Origin: Catajapyx aquilonaris
Taxonomy: Eukaryota
NCBI GenBank assembly: GCA_000934665.2
Contig: KZ537962.1
Location: 186,001 to 241,407, forward strand
Length of the DNA stretch: 55,407 nucleotides
Reading direction: 5' to 3'
Shown: positions 40,418 to 53,186 of the stretch, in pieces
How positions within the stretch are numbered: position 1 is the first letter of the stretch
Layout: each line of letters opens with the position of its first letter
Program-made: the position numbers and the translations under genes
The notes under the pieces: generated by a model
What the model was told of the DNA's origin: nothing
The model's input: only the letters and a program-made list of their open reading frames with translations
Database searches by the model: none

Positions 40418-43210
40418 CCACTTTGCAGTAAAGTTGCATATGCTACGTAGATTCCGTATAGGAAAAGGTGGTGGGAAAAACCTCATTAGTTATCTGCTGT
40501 GCTTTACTACCTGCAGTGTGTCAAGAGACGCTTTTGAGTAGGCCTACTATTTTCCCACAGTAACAGAAGTGGCAGTTAGATATTGCTGGGCAATCCTACA
40601 TCTCTCGGCAAGTGTCCATTCCCAAGGTGCCCCCCTGTGGATGGGCCAGCAGCATCCATTTGGCGAGATTTGCATCTATAGTCGATGGGCAGGGGGAGAG
40701 GGAGGGTGGTGTATGATGGGTTTTTAGGAGGGGTCCTCACTTCCCCTCCACATTACCCCTGGTAACCACCAGCAGCACTTTTGTGCTTGCCTTTGGCCCA
40801 CCCCGATCAACGCTTGGCCACGCGACTATTAATGGCTAACCCACGCTCATGCGGGACAAAACAGACCTCTGCTTTCCATCATCCAGCCCCCCACCTCCCT
40901 TCCACCCCATCCGAATTAATTATCCAACTCTTATTAGCCAGACTAAGGTTTTTCTCACCAACGATTTATAGCGCCCATTGGGACACACACAAATTACATG
41001 AATCGATATGACAAAAATATTTATTTTTCACCTTATTCACATACATCCGTACACTTATAAAGTTATTATTCAATGCGATGCAATTAAATAATTTAGTAGC
41101 CCAATTATCTATCGGACACTTTGCAGGTGTTTTGACACACACCAATAAAAACCGGTCGAAAAACCCCCAATATCTGATAAGAGCTTCAATTAGAGCCTGA
41201 ATAGGGGCCAATTCTGTATAGTATACCAGTTCACTCCTCTAGTAATTCACAATGCTTTTTATGACTGGGTGCCAATTCATATAGGAATAAAAATGGAGGG
41301 AAAATGGGAGGGTTCGCACCCGCATACGTTTTTCCCTGCCTTTCAACCTTTTGATCGGGTTTCCCTTCTGTTAGTGAAGGGGGCTCACTTTTGTACATCG
41401 GGTGTCAAAAGAGCCACTTGCCATCGGGGAAACACATGAAAATAATGGATTTCCTAGCCCCGGATTTTAAGCCCCCGGCTAGGGGGGGGGGGGGGGNGGG
41501 GGGAATTTTAACATTATTTTTTGAAAATGCCCGATTGAAAGCTGGCATGTGTGTGAAAATTGAAATAAATCATGATGGACAGTGGCTGGAGGTCATCATC
41601 ATCTCCAGTGCAAACAAGGAGCATGTCCAAGCTGGTCCCATTTCCGTGACCCCTTTCATTCTCGCGTGGGAGCCTCGCTAATTTACACTTCATTTTTTTT
41701 TCTTCTAACAGAGGTGGTCACGCACCGGTTTTGACACGTTCGCTCCTGACATTGTGCAATACGGATGCATTTTCTATCAGAATATCAGCACTTCCAGATG
41801 TACAGCTGACAGACGGTATTGCATGCGTTTTGCTCTTTCCGCGCATTTGGAAAGTGCCATATGTTGATCCCTAGAGACCCCCACCCGCCCCCACCCATAT
41901 TACGCCGCCCCCTTAGCACCAATCCGTAATTTGCAGGCGGTTTCCGAATGAGAAGGTAGCAATTCATTAGTCGCGTGCGGTGGGGACAACAGCACTCGGA
42001 TGGCACTCGCCAGAGTTTTCGTGTTAAATGGAAAATCCCCACATTTGCTCCCCTTCTCGTGATCAGGTCCATTTTGGCACACGCGCCACTCAGGAGACAC
42101 TTATGACACTTGTAGTAATGACACAGGCTCATTAGGATGACATGGACAAGGAAGGTGCAAGAGCCTTTTTATAGCTATAGAGTTTTAACAAGGGTCTATT
42201 CAACCCATACCCTCGTCATCACAATAGAGAATTGATAAATGGAGGAGCACACTGGGAATCTTCCTCTGGTTCACTGTTGATAGTGTCGGACCTATTTCTG
42301 GAGAGTATTTTTTCTTTTTTTTTGCGGAGTATTTTTTGTGCTCCTGAAAGGTCCAAAATCTTTCAGAAGTAATACGAATCATGGTTCCGTGACGCGTATT
42401 GCTAAATGTTATTTTGTCTCAATTTTCCTCTGATTGTTCCAACAAAGGAAATTTAGAAAAATATTTGGCAATATATTGTGCACGTGAAAACTGTCTATAA
42501 GCGGTAGAGTCAAAGAAGAAGTGATACTTATTTATTGCTTGCATTTGGTGTCTTTTGCCCAAGTTTTGTGACTGGCTGTCAGTTTATTGCTGTTATTTGG
42601 TTTTTGCTCTGGTTTGTGACCTTATACTGTATTTACACTTTAGGCCTATAAAATTATTCGAGATGTTTTAATTTTCTGTAATAATTATCCTCCATACTCT
42701 CGGAAAAGTAAAAATTTTCTGCCTAATTGAGGTTTTTCGTGCCTCAAAATCCGGACTCTTAGTGATAAGACTGATAGCCAATACTGTTTTTAAGTGTAAT
42801 TTATAAGATTACTCATTTTATTGAACATTACCATAATATAATACAGTAGTAAAAAGTGGTCTATACATACTCATATATAAAATGAAACCACTTGAAGTCT
42901 GGAAGTGGTAAATATTGAATTAGGCACTGTTTAATGTAGTCCTCGAAGAGTGCTTTATGATGGGCAGGTGTAGTCAGGTCAGATTTATGCTTACAGAAAT
43001 TACAGCTTCACACCAAAATTGTTACAAAAATTCTTCCTGTAAGGTAGCCTACAGTATAATGTAGCAGAATTTTCAAACTTCAAACCCCCCTTATGTAAAT
43101 CAGTCAAATGTGACTCTGATCATTTGCTATTTCAAGTCTTCATTTGTAAATATGGGTTCAAAGACGAGAGGTTGAAACTGATGTTTGGAATGACATTTTC
43201 AGGGGTCTAA

Positions 43211-43365
43211 AGCCTCGTTTCCACCAGAATAATTTTTGAGGACAAAAATAAAGCACAAAATCAATCAAACTTTTATTACTTTATTATATTAATCGCCTAG
43301 CAACAAAAAATAGTTCTGGCGTGCATTTTGTCCAGAACAAAAATTATGCTGGTGGAAACAAGGCT
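43211..43365. mobile_element. PIF/Harbinger-like MITE
   Basis: TIRs AGCCTCGTTTCCACCAGAATAATTTTTG / CAAAAATTATGCTGGTGGAAACAAGGCT, flanked by TAA and TTA. Confidence 0.7.
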
Positions 43366-44481
43366 TTACAAGGTCTAAACATTTTCCAACCCAAGCACAA
43401 TAATCCAAAACAGTTCAAAAATTCAGGAAGGTGGAAAGGCACTGGACAAATAAATCTTAACAGAAATTTTTGAAACTAACAAAGCAATATAAGCAAAAAC
43501 ACATCACCACAACACTTGTGAGTCCAAAAGTCCAAACACTGCCATATAATTGCATTCTTTTGTTTTTCATGGTTCATTGTGGCAGGGCCTCGAGATATAC
43601 AGTACTGTACACTGTATTGTGTATTGTTGGTCTCTGCCACCATCTCTGTCCTCCACAAAATACTGTCGTGTAGAAGTTACTACAATACACTATGTGTACT
43701 GCAGTCCTAGCCAAAGAAGGGAAAGGAACCCTCAAAATCTGATTGATCCTCAATCCTGGGCTCTCCCATTAAACCTGCATAGGCAATGTTTAAAATACTC
43801 AATCAGCATTTAAAATGGCAGTGTCTGGCAGTACTGTCTGTGGGACAATTTTGGAAATCTTGGAACCTATCTCATCCACTTACACTATAATTTTGTCTAA
43901 TTTTACACCGATTCACTTTACACCACTGTGCTGCTGGAACCAATTCCCGGTGTATAACTGGTAGTACCTGTATTTACTTTTTAAATAAAGTAGCCTACTT
44001 GTAAAACCTCTTGGTAAAACCGATATTATTCACATAGTTTATTCCTCCTCCCCAAACCCATCCACAGCAAGAGGAACGGTATGAAGAAAATTTGCAAGGC
44101 AGTACAAGTAGACATTACAAAATGTTTTATTGCATATCCACTTTAATAAATACTCGTACATTATGTAATAATTCACTTTCTCTTTAGTGTTTCACCAAAC
44201 CATGATGTGTTACTCCTGATCAACCACACCACAGTAACTTCACAATATTAGGAAACTAGCTCTTGTCCATTATTTCTTTAAATTCTTGTATTTATGAAGA
44301 GTAATTATATTAGATGCTTTCTCTGTGCAGAAGACATGGCAGCAACAGCTTGTACCCTCAATCTGGCCATGGTGGGAATGAGCCAGAATCATGCCTACAT
44401 TGTGACTTCACCTTGTCCCTCTCTCTAGTGACACTGCACCCAATACACCATGACTTCAAAAATGTTTCTCGGTTGATAACA

Positions 44482-45237
44482 CGAGGGCAGAACACATGAA
44501 ACCCGAATATGGTGTCTGGACCGGTTACTACTTAAGGCATGGATTTGAAACTGCCGGTGCAGGAAGATGGTGTCTATACCTCCTATTGGCATGGCTCAGA
44601 ATCTTCGCATGCATACCACGGGCATTCCAAGATGGCCTGGTCCATATGTCACATGTGTCCAAGAGAGATCAACACATTGTTGTTCAATTTTTGCTGGCCA
44701 AAGGCAATACACCGGAGCAAATTTATCAGAGAATGCTTCCCGTATAAGGCAGCAACTTCATGGGAAAGACCACCGTATGGGAATAGTTCACGAAATTCCA
44801 AAATGGCAGAGAATCCACGGATGACCTTCCCCGACCAGGCCTGTCATCATTGCGAGTGTGGACATGCTGATATGGGAGGATCGTCCGTGGATTCTCTGCC
44901 ATTTCAGAATTTCCTGAACCATTCCCATACGGTTGTCTTTCCCATGCAGGTGCTGCCGTATACGGGAAGCATCCTCTGATAAATTTGCTCCGGTGTATTG
45001 CCTTCGGCCAGCAAAAATTGAACGACAATGTGTTGATCCCTCTTGGACACACATGAGATAGGGACCACGCCATCTTGGAATGCCTGTGGCTGTGGCCCTG
45101 GTATGCATGTGAAGATTCTGACTCATGCCAATAGGAGGTATCGACACCATCTTCCTGCGCCAGCAGTTTCAAATTCATGCCTTAAGTAGTAACCGGTCCA
45201 CACACCATATATTCGAGTTTCATTTGATCCACTCTTG
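44482..45237. mobile_element. Palindromic mariner derivative made of two inverted 5' ends
   Basis: About 350-bp arms, each with a TIR (CGAGGGC...ATGAAACCCGAATA), 5'UTR and decayed transposase N-terminus (VVQFLLAKGNTPEQIYQRM...FQNGRESTDDLPRPG). The centre is at about 44830-44880. Confidence 0.9.
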
Positions 45238-45715
45238 TATTAGTCACACATTAATGGATGTATTGTGGACAGCACAGGGAACCATGGGCATCATTCTAAA
45301 ATGTTCAAAGTACACAACAAGTCTGGCACTGTGCAGATTTGAGTCCTTTAAGTGCAGGATGGTAACCAGGGTCAGGCTCAGGATTCGCATGGTAAAGTGC
45401 ACAAATGATTTCTCACTATGTAAGTCAGTTACATTCCTTTGTTAATACTCGCATATTATTAGAAGCACTCTTTGCATTTCCTGGGATTTTACTTGGACAG
45501 TGGCAAACATACAACACAAATTAAGAGATTCACAATCATGAAAAAGAATTATTGCATTAAACTAGCAGTGAAAAAAAGAGGACCAGAACCAAACCAGAAA
45601 GATCTTGAACATCAGCACAAATTGATTTTACGGAATGTTAATAACACCGTAAAGCAATATTTCAGTTTATCCAAACAAACAGTGAAAAATAAATATTAAT
45701 TCTGCACTCTTCCAC

Positions 45716-48700
45716 TTAAAACCAAACACATTCAGTTGCAAGGAGTGAATGAAGACGTCGCCTGCTGTCTAAGTAGATCATTGCCTCTGGAGAATTAAAA
45801 ATCAAAAAGGAAAAAAAGGGTCAGTAACAGAATGTTCTTATAATAGCATCATCAGCACATATTAAAGGATAAACATTGTAACAGCACATATTTATCCTGG
45901 AAAAATTTGTGACAGCAAAAGGGTGGGTAATTAGGCAGGTACTGACAACCGAAACATGTCCTCATCTTGAATGTGGTCACAACAAAGTTGCAAGATCACT
46001 TTTTGTAAAAGTGACAAGTAATACTGTATATGGCTTGGACTATTACAGGCCCACTCAAAAATGCAGTTTGTAATTTAAAACTCAAAATGTGACACATGAA
46101 GGAATGTTATTTTGTAACTTATCTATGTCCTCACTGGTATTTTTAACAACGGCACCACAAATTGGAACTCACCAGCATAAGTCTTGGGAAAAACCGGAGG
46201 AATCACATCAGATTTACTTGGACAATAGAAGGTGAAATTGAAAGTGTTGGTAGTCACTCGTTCTCCTGAGTTTGGATTGATCACATCAGCCCTTACTCGC
46301 ACTTGCATGTAATTCTTGAAGGTGTATGTAATCTGGATATGTTATGTGCAATCATATTAGTTACAAAATTACCAAACTGAAAAATAAAGTTCACATTTCT
46401 CTAAGTTGAGAGGTAAGAAGGGTAGAAGTGACACTTCAGAGTCTAGTGACATTATACTGTCGTATCTCACTTACATCTGCTGGCACAGATATAATTTTTT
46501 ATTGAACTTTCTTGCCCCATTACTGAATTGACCTTCTGCATAATTTCTCATTTCCTCCTAATAATATTGCAGCAGTACCTCACCCTTTACCTCTTACAAT
46601 CAATCATCCACATGTTTCACATGAAGAAAAATAAAAATACTTCACCATTGATTCCAAGGAGAGTATAGCTCCAATTTCAACAGGTTTCTTGAATAAGATG
46701 TCATCCACAAAAACCAATACTGACTTGGACTGGCTGTAGAGAGAGAAATTAAGATGTATACAGCCTTTGTTGGCTTCGCTTCTTCCCATTCACACAAACA
46801 GGATTGCTGCTTTTGTTACGCCAAATGCATGGAATTAATTTGGTATGTCTGTCCTCTTGGGGAAGCAGGGAAAGGATCAGGTGTGGAGTAGTACCCATAA
46901 CCCTCTAGTACAGACAAGCCAAGATGATTAAAAGTGCACTTGCTATTTGCAGTATTTCTTTGTCTAACACTCTAACTCAAAAGTTATTCCAAGTTGATAT
47001 CATTTTCTACATTAATTTAAAGAGACAAACATTTTAATTACCAATTGCCAATGAAAAAATTGCTTTTACGTCACTTGTAAGTTGCAATATCATAACTTTA
47101 AGGTTCATTCAGATAAAAAAGGTTCATTCAGATAAAAATGAGCTAGTCAATAGCATGTAGCCATGGTAAAGGCAGGGTCACCTACATGAGTGCAACCATG
47201 TAGGGGACCCTGGGTAAAGGCAGGCCACGCTAACTTAGGCTGGGTTCACACTAGGCGTTTTTGTCGCGCGACAAAAACGCCGCGACAAGTCGCTCAAAAC
47301 AGAACACATGCAAACTTATGGGGCATGACACACCACGACTTCTTTCCTGCTTGGTCGCCGCAAAACGCAGCATGCTGCGTTTTTGCTGCCGCGACAAAAA
47401 CGCCGCGACAACGTCGCTGAAAACTGAACACATGGTAATCAGTTGGGGCAGACACACCTGGCGACAAAGTCGCGTGAAAAGTGTTTAATTTTGACTATTG
47501 TGGAACGGTAGTTGCTAAGGGTCAGGTTGGCAACGCTGCTCGGGTTGCATCAGTAGGGCAGCTCTTTGCAGTAGGGGAAGCAAAACGCGCGACAAAAACG
47601 CCTAGTGTGCACCTCGTGAGGCGACAGCGACGAAAACGGGGCAACAAAGTCGCAGGCGACAAAAACGCCTAGTGTGAACCCAGCCTTACAAATATTGATG
47701 TCATCACCCCTGGAACCTCCTACTTTTCAAGTTTCCATGGAGATGCCCTCATGCAACAATTGACGTAAAAATTGCCAAACAAATGCATAAGGTACAATAC
47801 TCTACAGCATTCTCAATAAAACACCACTGCACAATGCAAGAAGGAAAAAAAGATTAGGGCAGGTGATATATCCGACAACTCCGAAAAGTAGCATTCCAAG
47901 CAATGCATCACACCTTGGTTATAAAAAGGCCACCCCTTTGGCAGAAGAGGCAGAAGAGTCAGGCTAAGAACTGTGTACTTAAATAGATACAAAAATTTGC
48001 AGAAACTTTCATTGAGGCACTAATGCAGACGTAGCCTTTTAGCAGCCAAACATGATATCATGCTACATTGCAAAATTCACATTGCACAGGTATTGTGCAG
48101 GCATTCCTTCTTTAACACTGTCCTTAACAACTCGGCTATGATATAGTGCTTGGTATATCACTAGCAAATTTTCATAATGGAGGCATGATGGTGCTAAGGC
48201 TATGGCCACAAACTCTCTCTCCTCCCCAAGTTGATTACATTATTTTTCAAATCAGACATGCCTTGGGCAGCAAATGAACAGCTTTTAAAGACTGTCTTGG
48301 TATAAAGCATGCATCATAAAGCATCATTAGAGTACATCTAAGTTTGGTTGCACTGACCTATACAATACTGACGATGCAGATGCAAGTTCAGTTGCAAGTC
48401 TCATGAGAGTACCACCATATATTTTGTTGAAGCGATTGCGTTTCTGAAATATCATTCCAATTTAAACTTACGGCATATTTCCAGTCCTTAATATGCTAAT
48501 TGAACATTTGCCATTTCATTCCCCCCCCCCCTTAAATTTCAGAGAAGTGGTCCAGCACTCAAAAAACCTGCTTGTCCCTGATTATTATTGATGTGGAATA
48601 TCAAAATTGTGTTAAAAATCCAAATCTTGAATTGATATAAAGGGCTAGGGCAGTTTTAGTCACAGCATAGAAACCTCGTTTTTTTTGACATGGTATTTGT

Positions 48701-51700
48701 CATACTACTAGTAAAACTCCAGGGATCTCACCAGAGACTACAAAATAACGTCCTACCAAAAGTCTTGCTAGGTCTACCCAATCAAAAATGCATGCATGCC
48801 CTGCTTAATATGCCTTCCCAGGGTGAAAAGATCATCCAATCCCCCTATTAAACTACACAGTTACTGACATATACATTCACCCCTGGATATAAGAGCCTTG
48901 GCTATAAGCAACCCTGTCATAGCTAACACAAAAGGCTGGTCCCGGCATACTTCCATATAATGGCCTGTGGATTTGGATTAGAAAACCTCGGTTATAGGAT
49001 ATTGATTTCTGCAGTCCCTTGAAGTCTGTTCTCCAGAGTTGACTGTACTATCGGGTTCAAATACTTTTGGCCACTTTATCCTGGTCTTGAAGCAACCCTT
49101 CGCACAGACCCCACGTTAAGGAGGTGCATGTGTGTGAAGGGTTACTTCAAGACCAGGATAAAGTGGCCAAAAGTATTTGAACCCAATAGTACATCATTGT
49201 TCAAATTTAAAATAGTCCTGATTAGTTAATTTTTGGGCAGAAAATGTTGCCTAGGTTAGGAAAATGGAAAATTGGAAGGTCAAAACCAACAGCCATTTTC
49301 TTTTGTCTTGTGCAAAAATGCTTGACACTATTAAAAATTTTCAGCCTAAATTGATGCAACATTTTATTGTGGTCAGATTGTGGCAGGCCTAAAAATTCCA
49401 CCCAGAAGCCACATTATTTTATGCTAAAATACTCGAGAGTGTTTAACCACTTCCGTCATGTAGGCAATACAGTGACACCTGTCCTATCAGGATTAGTTAC
49501 AAAAATAATATTGGAGCAACTGTACCCCCAAAATTCCAAACATTACATGCTAAACAAATGCACTGCTTATCTCTATCAAGCACTTTGACTACAAATTCTA
49601 TTACCTTCAATAACAGCTTTCTTACCTCTGGGTGGCAAAGTATCGTATTCATGAGGATGGTGTCGTCTATCCACTTTCCAACAGGAGGTTGAGGTAGCAA
49701 GCTAAAAGCAAATGAATTCTTATCCAGCATATTTATAAACATCTGGTGTACCAATGCTTGCTCCTCTGGATCAGGTGGAACCTTCAGTAAGGATGTAGCC
49801 TCTACCTGCCTTCTCCTCCGCTGGTTTTCTATAAAAATAATGTTAAAAATTCACTGCATAACCATACATACAAAGTCAACTTCAGGACATGATTTAATCC
49901 TCAATACTTAAATTGAACCTACCCTGTCCAGCATCAAATATAGCTTTCTCCTCAGGGTTTGTCACTACCATTGGGTTAACAAAAGCAGGGCCACGGTTTA
50001 TTGGATCACGAGCAATCATCATGAAAACAGCCTCTGTTACTTTTGTCCAGGAATCATCTTTAGCCTTCTGTTCCACCCAAACAGTGCTCTCCATTGAAGT
50101 TCTTCCCACCCAAGTGACATGTCCTTTCATACGTATGTCTTGATCAACCTGTAAAAAATAATAACAACAAAAATAATACACACATATTCTTGCCACAATG
50201 AGCATGCACAAACTAAGAACAAGATATAAACCCTTTAGTATGTATGTGCAGTGTTCCAAATCTGTCATCCTTGGGCAATTGCAATATGATATAGGAACAC
50301 CTTGACATTGGTTTTCATGAGCCAGGTTTGCAATGCAGTAAAAAAAAAATTATGACACTGAGTTGTAGTAGTTGTTCCATGTTGTGGAGTTTATAAACAT
50401 TGCTAGTAGTAGTTTCACAGGAAGTTGACCTTTTTTTAACATGCTATGCAGAGATCCTATGCAGAGTTGTGTGCATACACTTGCCCCATATACAGGATGA
50501 AGGGAAACTCGCCCCAATCGCCGGTAGACTGACAGTACTCGCAAAAGTAATGTAGGGATGTGAAATTTGTTTTGGGTGCCGTAGCGTAGCTAATGCGTAA
50601 GGCGCCTTTAAAGTTTCGTGACGTCACATCCATTCTGCCAGTTTCAAAGAAGCAAAAGCCAGCTCAAGAGCCTCCGAATAATCCAGCCTTGGTGCACTAA
50701 CACATCGTCCATGTGCAATGGGCGATCAAATCCCGTCAGAGTAAGAATCCGGGTGCGACACCCACGCACTTTGTCGTTTATACCTCATATTTTACCACCT
50801 GGCCCTCTACACTTTCAAGTCACCGTATACATTAACTATGCACCGGCGCCAAAAACTAATTGCACATCCCTATATTAGTTTTGTGAGTACTATTAGTCTA
50901 CCTGGCAATTGGGCACGAGTTTCCCTTCACCCTGTATATTGTAGCCCAGACTGCGTTACAGATGCAACATCTCACACCATCCCTCCAAGGGGGTAAGAGA
51001 GGAGGGGGCCAACCATGCACTTCTGCTGGGACAAGTAACTGGAAAATGTATGGAGACTATACTCTACTTTCCAATACATAAGGGTCATTCCCACGTACCA
51101 CAAAATCTCGATCTTGAACCACGTTTCTGAGGCGCACAATCAGGATCGTTTGGTGACTGTTTCCACGGGCCACGTACTTTTCGTGATTTTCGGTGGAGTG
51201 GTCTGTAACCACTCCCACCCGCCTGGAGAAAAAATTACTCTCGCTTCGGCTCCCGGACAAAGGCACGGGTGACTCTACGATAGGCCTGGCTGTAATAGCA
51301 TGGAGGCATGCTATCTACGTTATTACACAGGTCCTGGCTGCCCGCAGAGCGAGGGGGCAGACACGTGGGCAGACGGGGCCAAGCAGGGAGCCGCCATGTT
51401 GCCCGGTCCGGAGGGGGGAGTGACGTCAGGATCGTGACTCGAAAGCTGGCAGTCAACTTCCTCAAGCTGGTTGCCACAGTCACCTTCGTAAACGCGTTCG
51501 GGTGGAGGAAGGGCATGTGGGAACACCCCAATCGCGATTTTTGGGGGTAAGGATCATGATCCTTGTGGCACGTGGGAATGACCCTATAGTCAATCCAAAA
51601 TCTCTACCTCTATCATTCTTTGGATGACAATGCTGTCAACCAGTCCAGTAACGATTGAGTGAGGCAACAAGTCTCCTGGTTTAAGTCTTGGATTCAAAAG

Positions 51701-51720
51701 ATGCTTGTAGCACAGCCAAA
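45716..51720 (-). CDS. ACOT9: Acyl-CoA thioesterase 9, mitochondrial (double hotdog fold), 5' partial. Exons 51720-51608, 50148-49923, 49828-49626, 48443-48358, 46733-46646, 46332-46173, 45786-45716
   Basis: The spliced frame gives VWLCYKH...IVTGLVD, GHVTWVGRTSME, FMMIARDP, SLLKVPP, CHPEKRNRFNKIYGGTLMR, VDDILFKKPVEIG, TTNTFNFTF and PKTYAEAMIYLDSRR. Phases are compatible. Upstream exons were not found in the window. Confidence 0.92.
47238..47685. mobile_element. PIF/Harbinger (Tourist-like) MITE in an ACOT9 intron
   Basis: Perfect about 30-bp TIRs GGCTGGGTTCACACTAGGCGTTTTTGTCGC, TTA on both sides, and internal repeats of GCGACAAAAACGCC. Confidence 0.9.
49048..49189. mobile_element. Short hairpin MITE with TA TSD (Tc1/mariner type)
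   Basis: About 55-bp near-perfect arms CTATCGGGTTCAAATACTTTTGGCCACTTTATCCTGGTCTTGAAG, flanked by TA on both sides. Confidence 0.85.
50560..51560. promoter_or_regulatory. Intronic CpG-rich island with promoter-type motifs
   Basis: CpG-dense block within CpG-poor ACOT9. It contains TGACGTCA at about 50619 and 51421, GCCGCCATGTTG at about 51390 and CACGTG at about 51362. Confidence 0.45.
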
Positions 51721-52022
51721 CTGAAAGTAAAAGCTACAGTTTGAAAAGATTTTTATTTGCTTGTCAATCCAACCTGCAATTGAATGCATGCTAAGCAATT
51801 TTAGAAGACTCTGCAGAAAGACTTAGTTAGATAACATGTCGCAAAACACCTATCAGTCCTCTGCTTTGCTCAATAGCTTGCGGGTAACAAGAAGAAGACA
51901 AACCAAGCGACAGTGAAAGTAATGATTAAGTCATGAAGTGCTTACTGTACTATACAATACACTGTACACACTGATAATTGCCACATACTGCTATTGAAAA
52001 CAATATGCAGTGCTACTATATA

Positions 52023-52416
52023 CCGTATTTACGCGCATATAAGACGCACCTTTTTTCCGATTTTTGTAGCTCCAAAAGTAGGGTGGGTCTTATATGGCAG
52101 GGCACAACTGGTGAAACCCGTGAGAAATCGTCCACACACGTGCACAATTCCGGTGTGACCTTGCCACCTATACCTTTCAGATGCGTAGCATTGTCCCATT
52201 TTCCACTTGCGCCCCCCCCCCCTTTACTGGATTCTAATGGATTCCACACATGCATTGCACACGAGGTTGCTGCCGGCATCTCGAGGCCATTTCCCAAACT
52301 ACGGCAATAAATCTGGGTGCGTCTTATATAAGTCAACAACGATTTTCCACGCTTTTTCGCCTCAAAACTGGGGTGCGTCTTATACGCGTGTGCGTCTTAT
52401 ATGCGCGTAAATACGG
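52023..52416. mobile_element. pogo/Tc1-mariner-type MITE
   Basis: Perfect TIRs CCGTATTTACGCGCATATAAGACGCAC / GTGCGTCTTATATGCGCGTAAATACGG, TA on both sides, and subterminal GGGTGCGTCTTATA repeats. Confidence 0.9.
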
Positions 52417-52726
52417 TATTCAAAAAATGTGCCTTTTTGATTCGCCTTTCATAGATTTCAATTTCAGACGAATATCAAGTTCTGGAAGGAAAATGTAAGT
52501 GAAAACCTCACCTCATACCAGTATACCTCACTTATACTGGCATGCTGCTTTTGGTGAGGTAATACGGTATGAGTCACTCACTGTAGCTAGAATCACTTCA
52601 AGAACTCCGCTCTGTTTACACTTCATCAACTTTATCAACTCCACAGATGCCAAATTCATGTAATGACATTTAGTATCAGTGCAATTTGAAAATAAAACTG
52701 ACTGCAGGTGTTATGTAAAATCGAGA

Positions 52727-53074
52727 CGGGGAGACTGAGTAGCGCCGCGGTAACGTGCGCGCCCACGGATGTTAAGGTCCCGGGTTCGATCCCAGCCCGG
52801 GGACACCCCCTTCATCTCGTGCAGAGTTTAGGGCCATCTCTGACTTCGTCTCGGGTGGTATTTCCTATAGACTAAACCACCCAGGGGAGCTCACAAAATG
52901 ACCACATATGTCATTGCACTGCACTTGCACATCCCCTCCTGTCATCCTCCCTATCGCTCGCGGTACCCAGGCGTTACGGCAAAAGGACCAACTGTATCAA
53001 GCTTGTACAAATTTAAGCATAAATAAAGGTACTGTGCCGATGCCCTAGGGCGGTGCACTAAACCCCAATTATTA

Positions 53075-53120
<46 letters not shown>
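52727..53120 (+). mobile_element. Full-length tRNA-derived SINE with (TTA)n tail
   Basis: A-box-like TAGCGCCGCGG, B box GGTTCGATCCC, (ATT)n tail at about 53068-53120, and TSD TTATGTAAAATCGAGA at 52711-52726 and 53121-53136. Confidence 0.92.
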
Positions 53121-53124
<4 letters not shown>

Positions 53125-53186
53125 GTAAAATCGAGATGATAATACTAATAATAATAATTCATGAAATTGAGAAAGATGCCTTTGTA

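Noticed and set aside
40140..40439. Poly-tyrosine ORF
   Set aside because: It is the translation of an (AAT)n microsatellite.
41318..41325. Single perfect Gcm site as proof of a repo enhancer
   Set aside because: One 8-mer in 55 kb is expected by chance, so it is used only as weak support.
35250..42250. Conserved miRNA or snRNA genes in the non-coding block
   Set aside because: I saw no match to the mature miRNA or snRNA sequences I remember. An Rfam/miRBase search would be needed to exclude them.
47101..47138. 19-bp tandem duplication AGGTTCATTCAGATAAAAA
   Set aside because: It is a simple local duplication or repair footprint with only two copies and is not CRISPR-like.
52727..52805. Possible tRNA gene (A and B boxes)
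   Set aside because: It continues into a SINE body with a tail and TSD, and has no proper acceptor stem or poly-T terminator.
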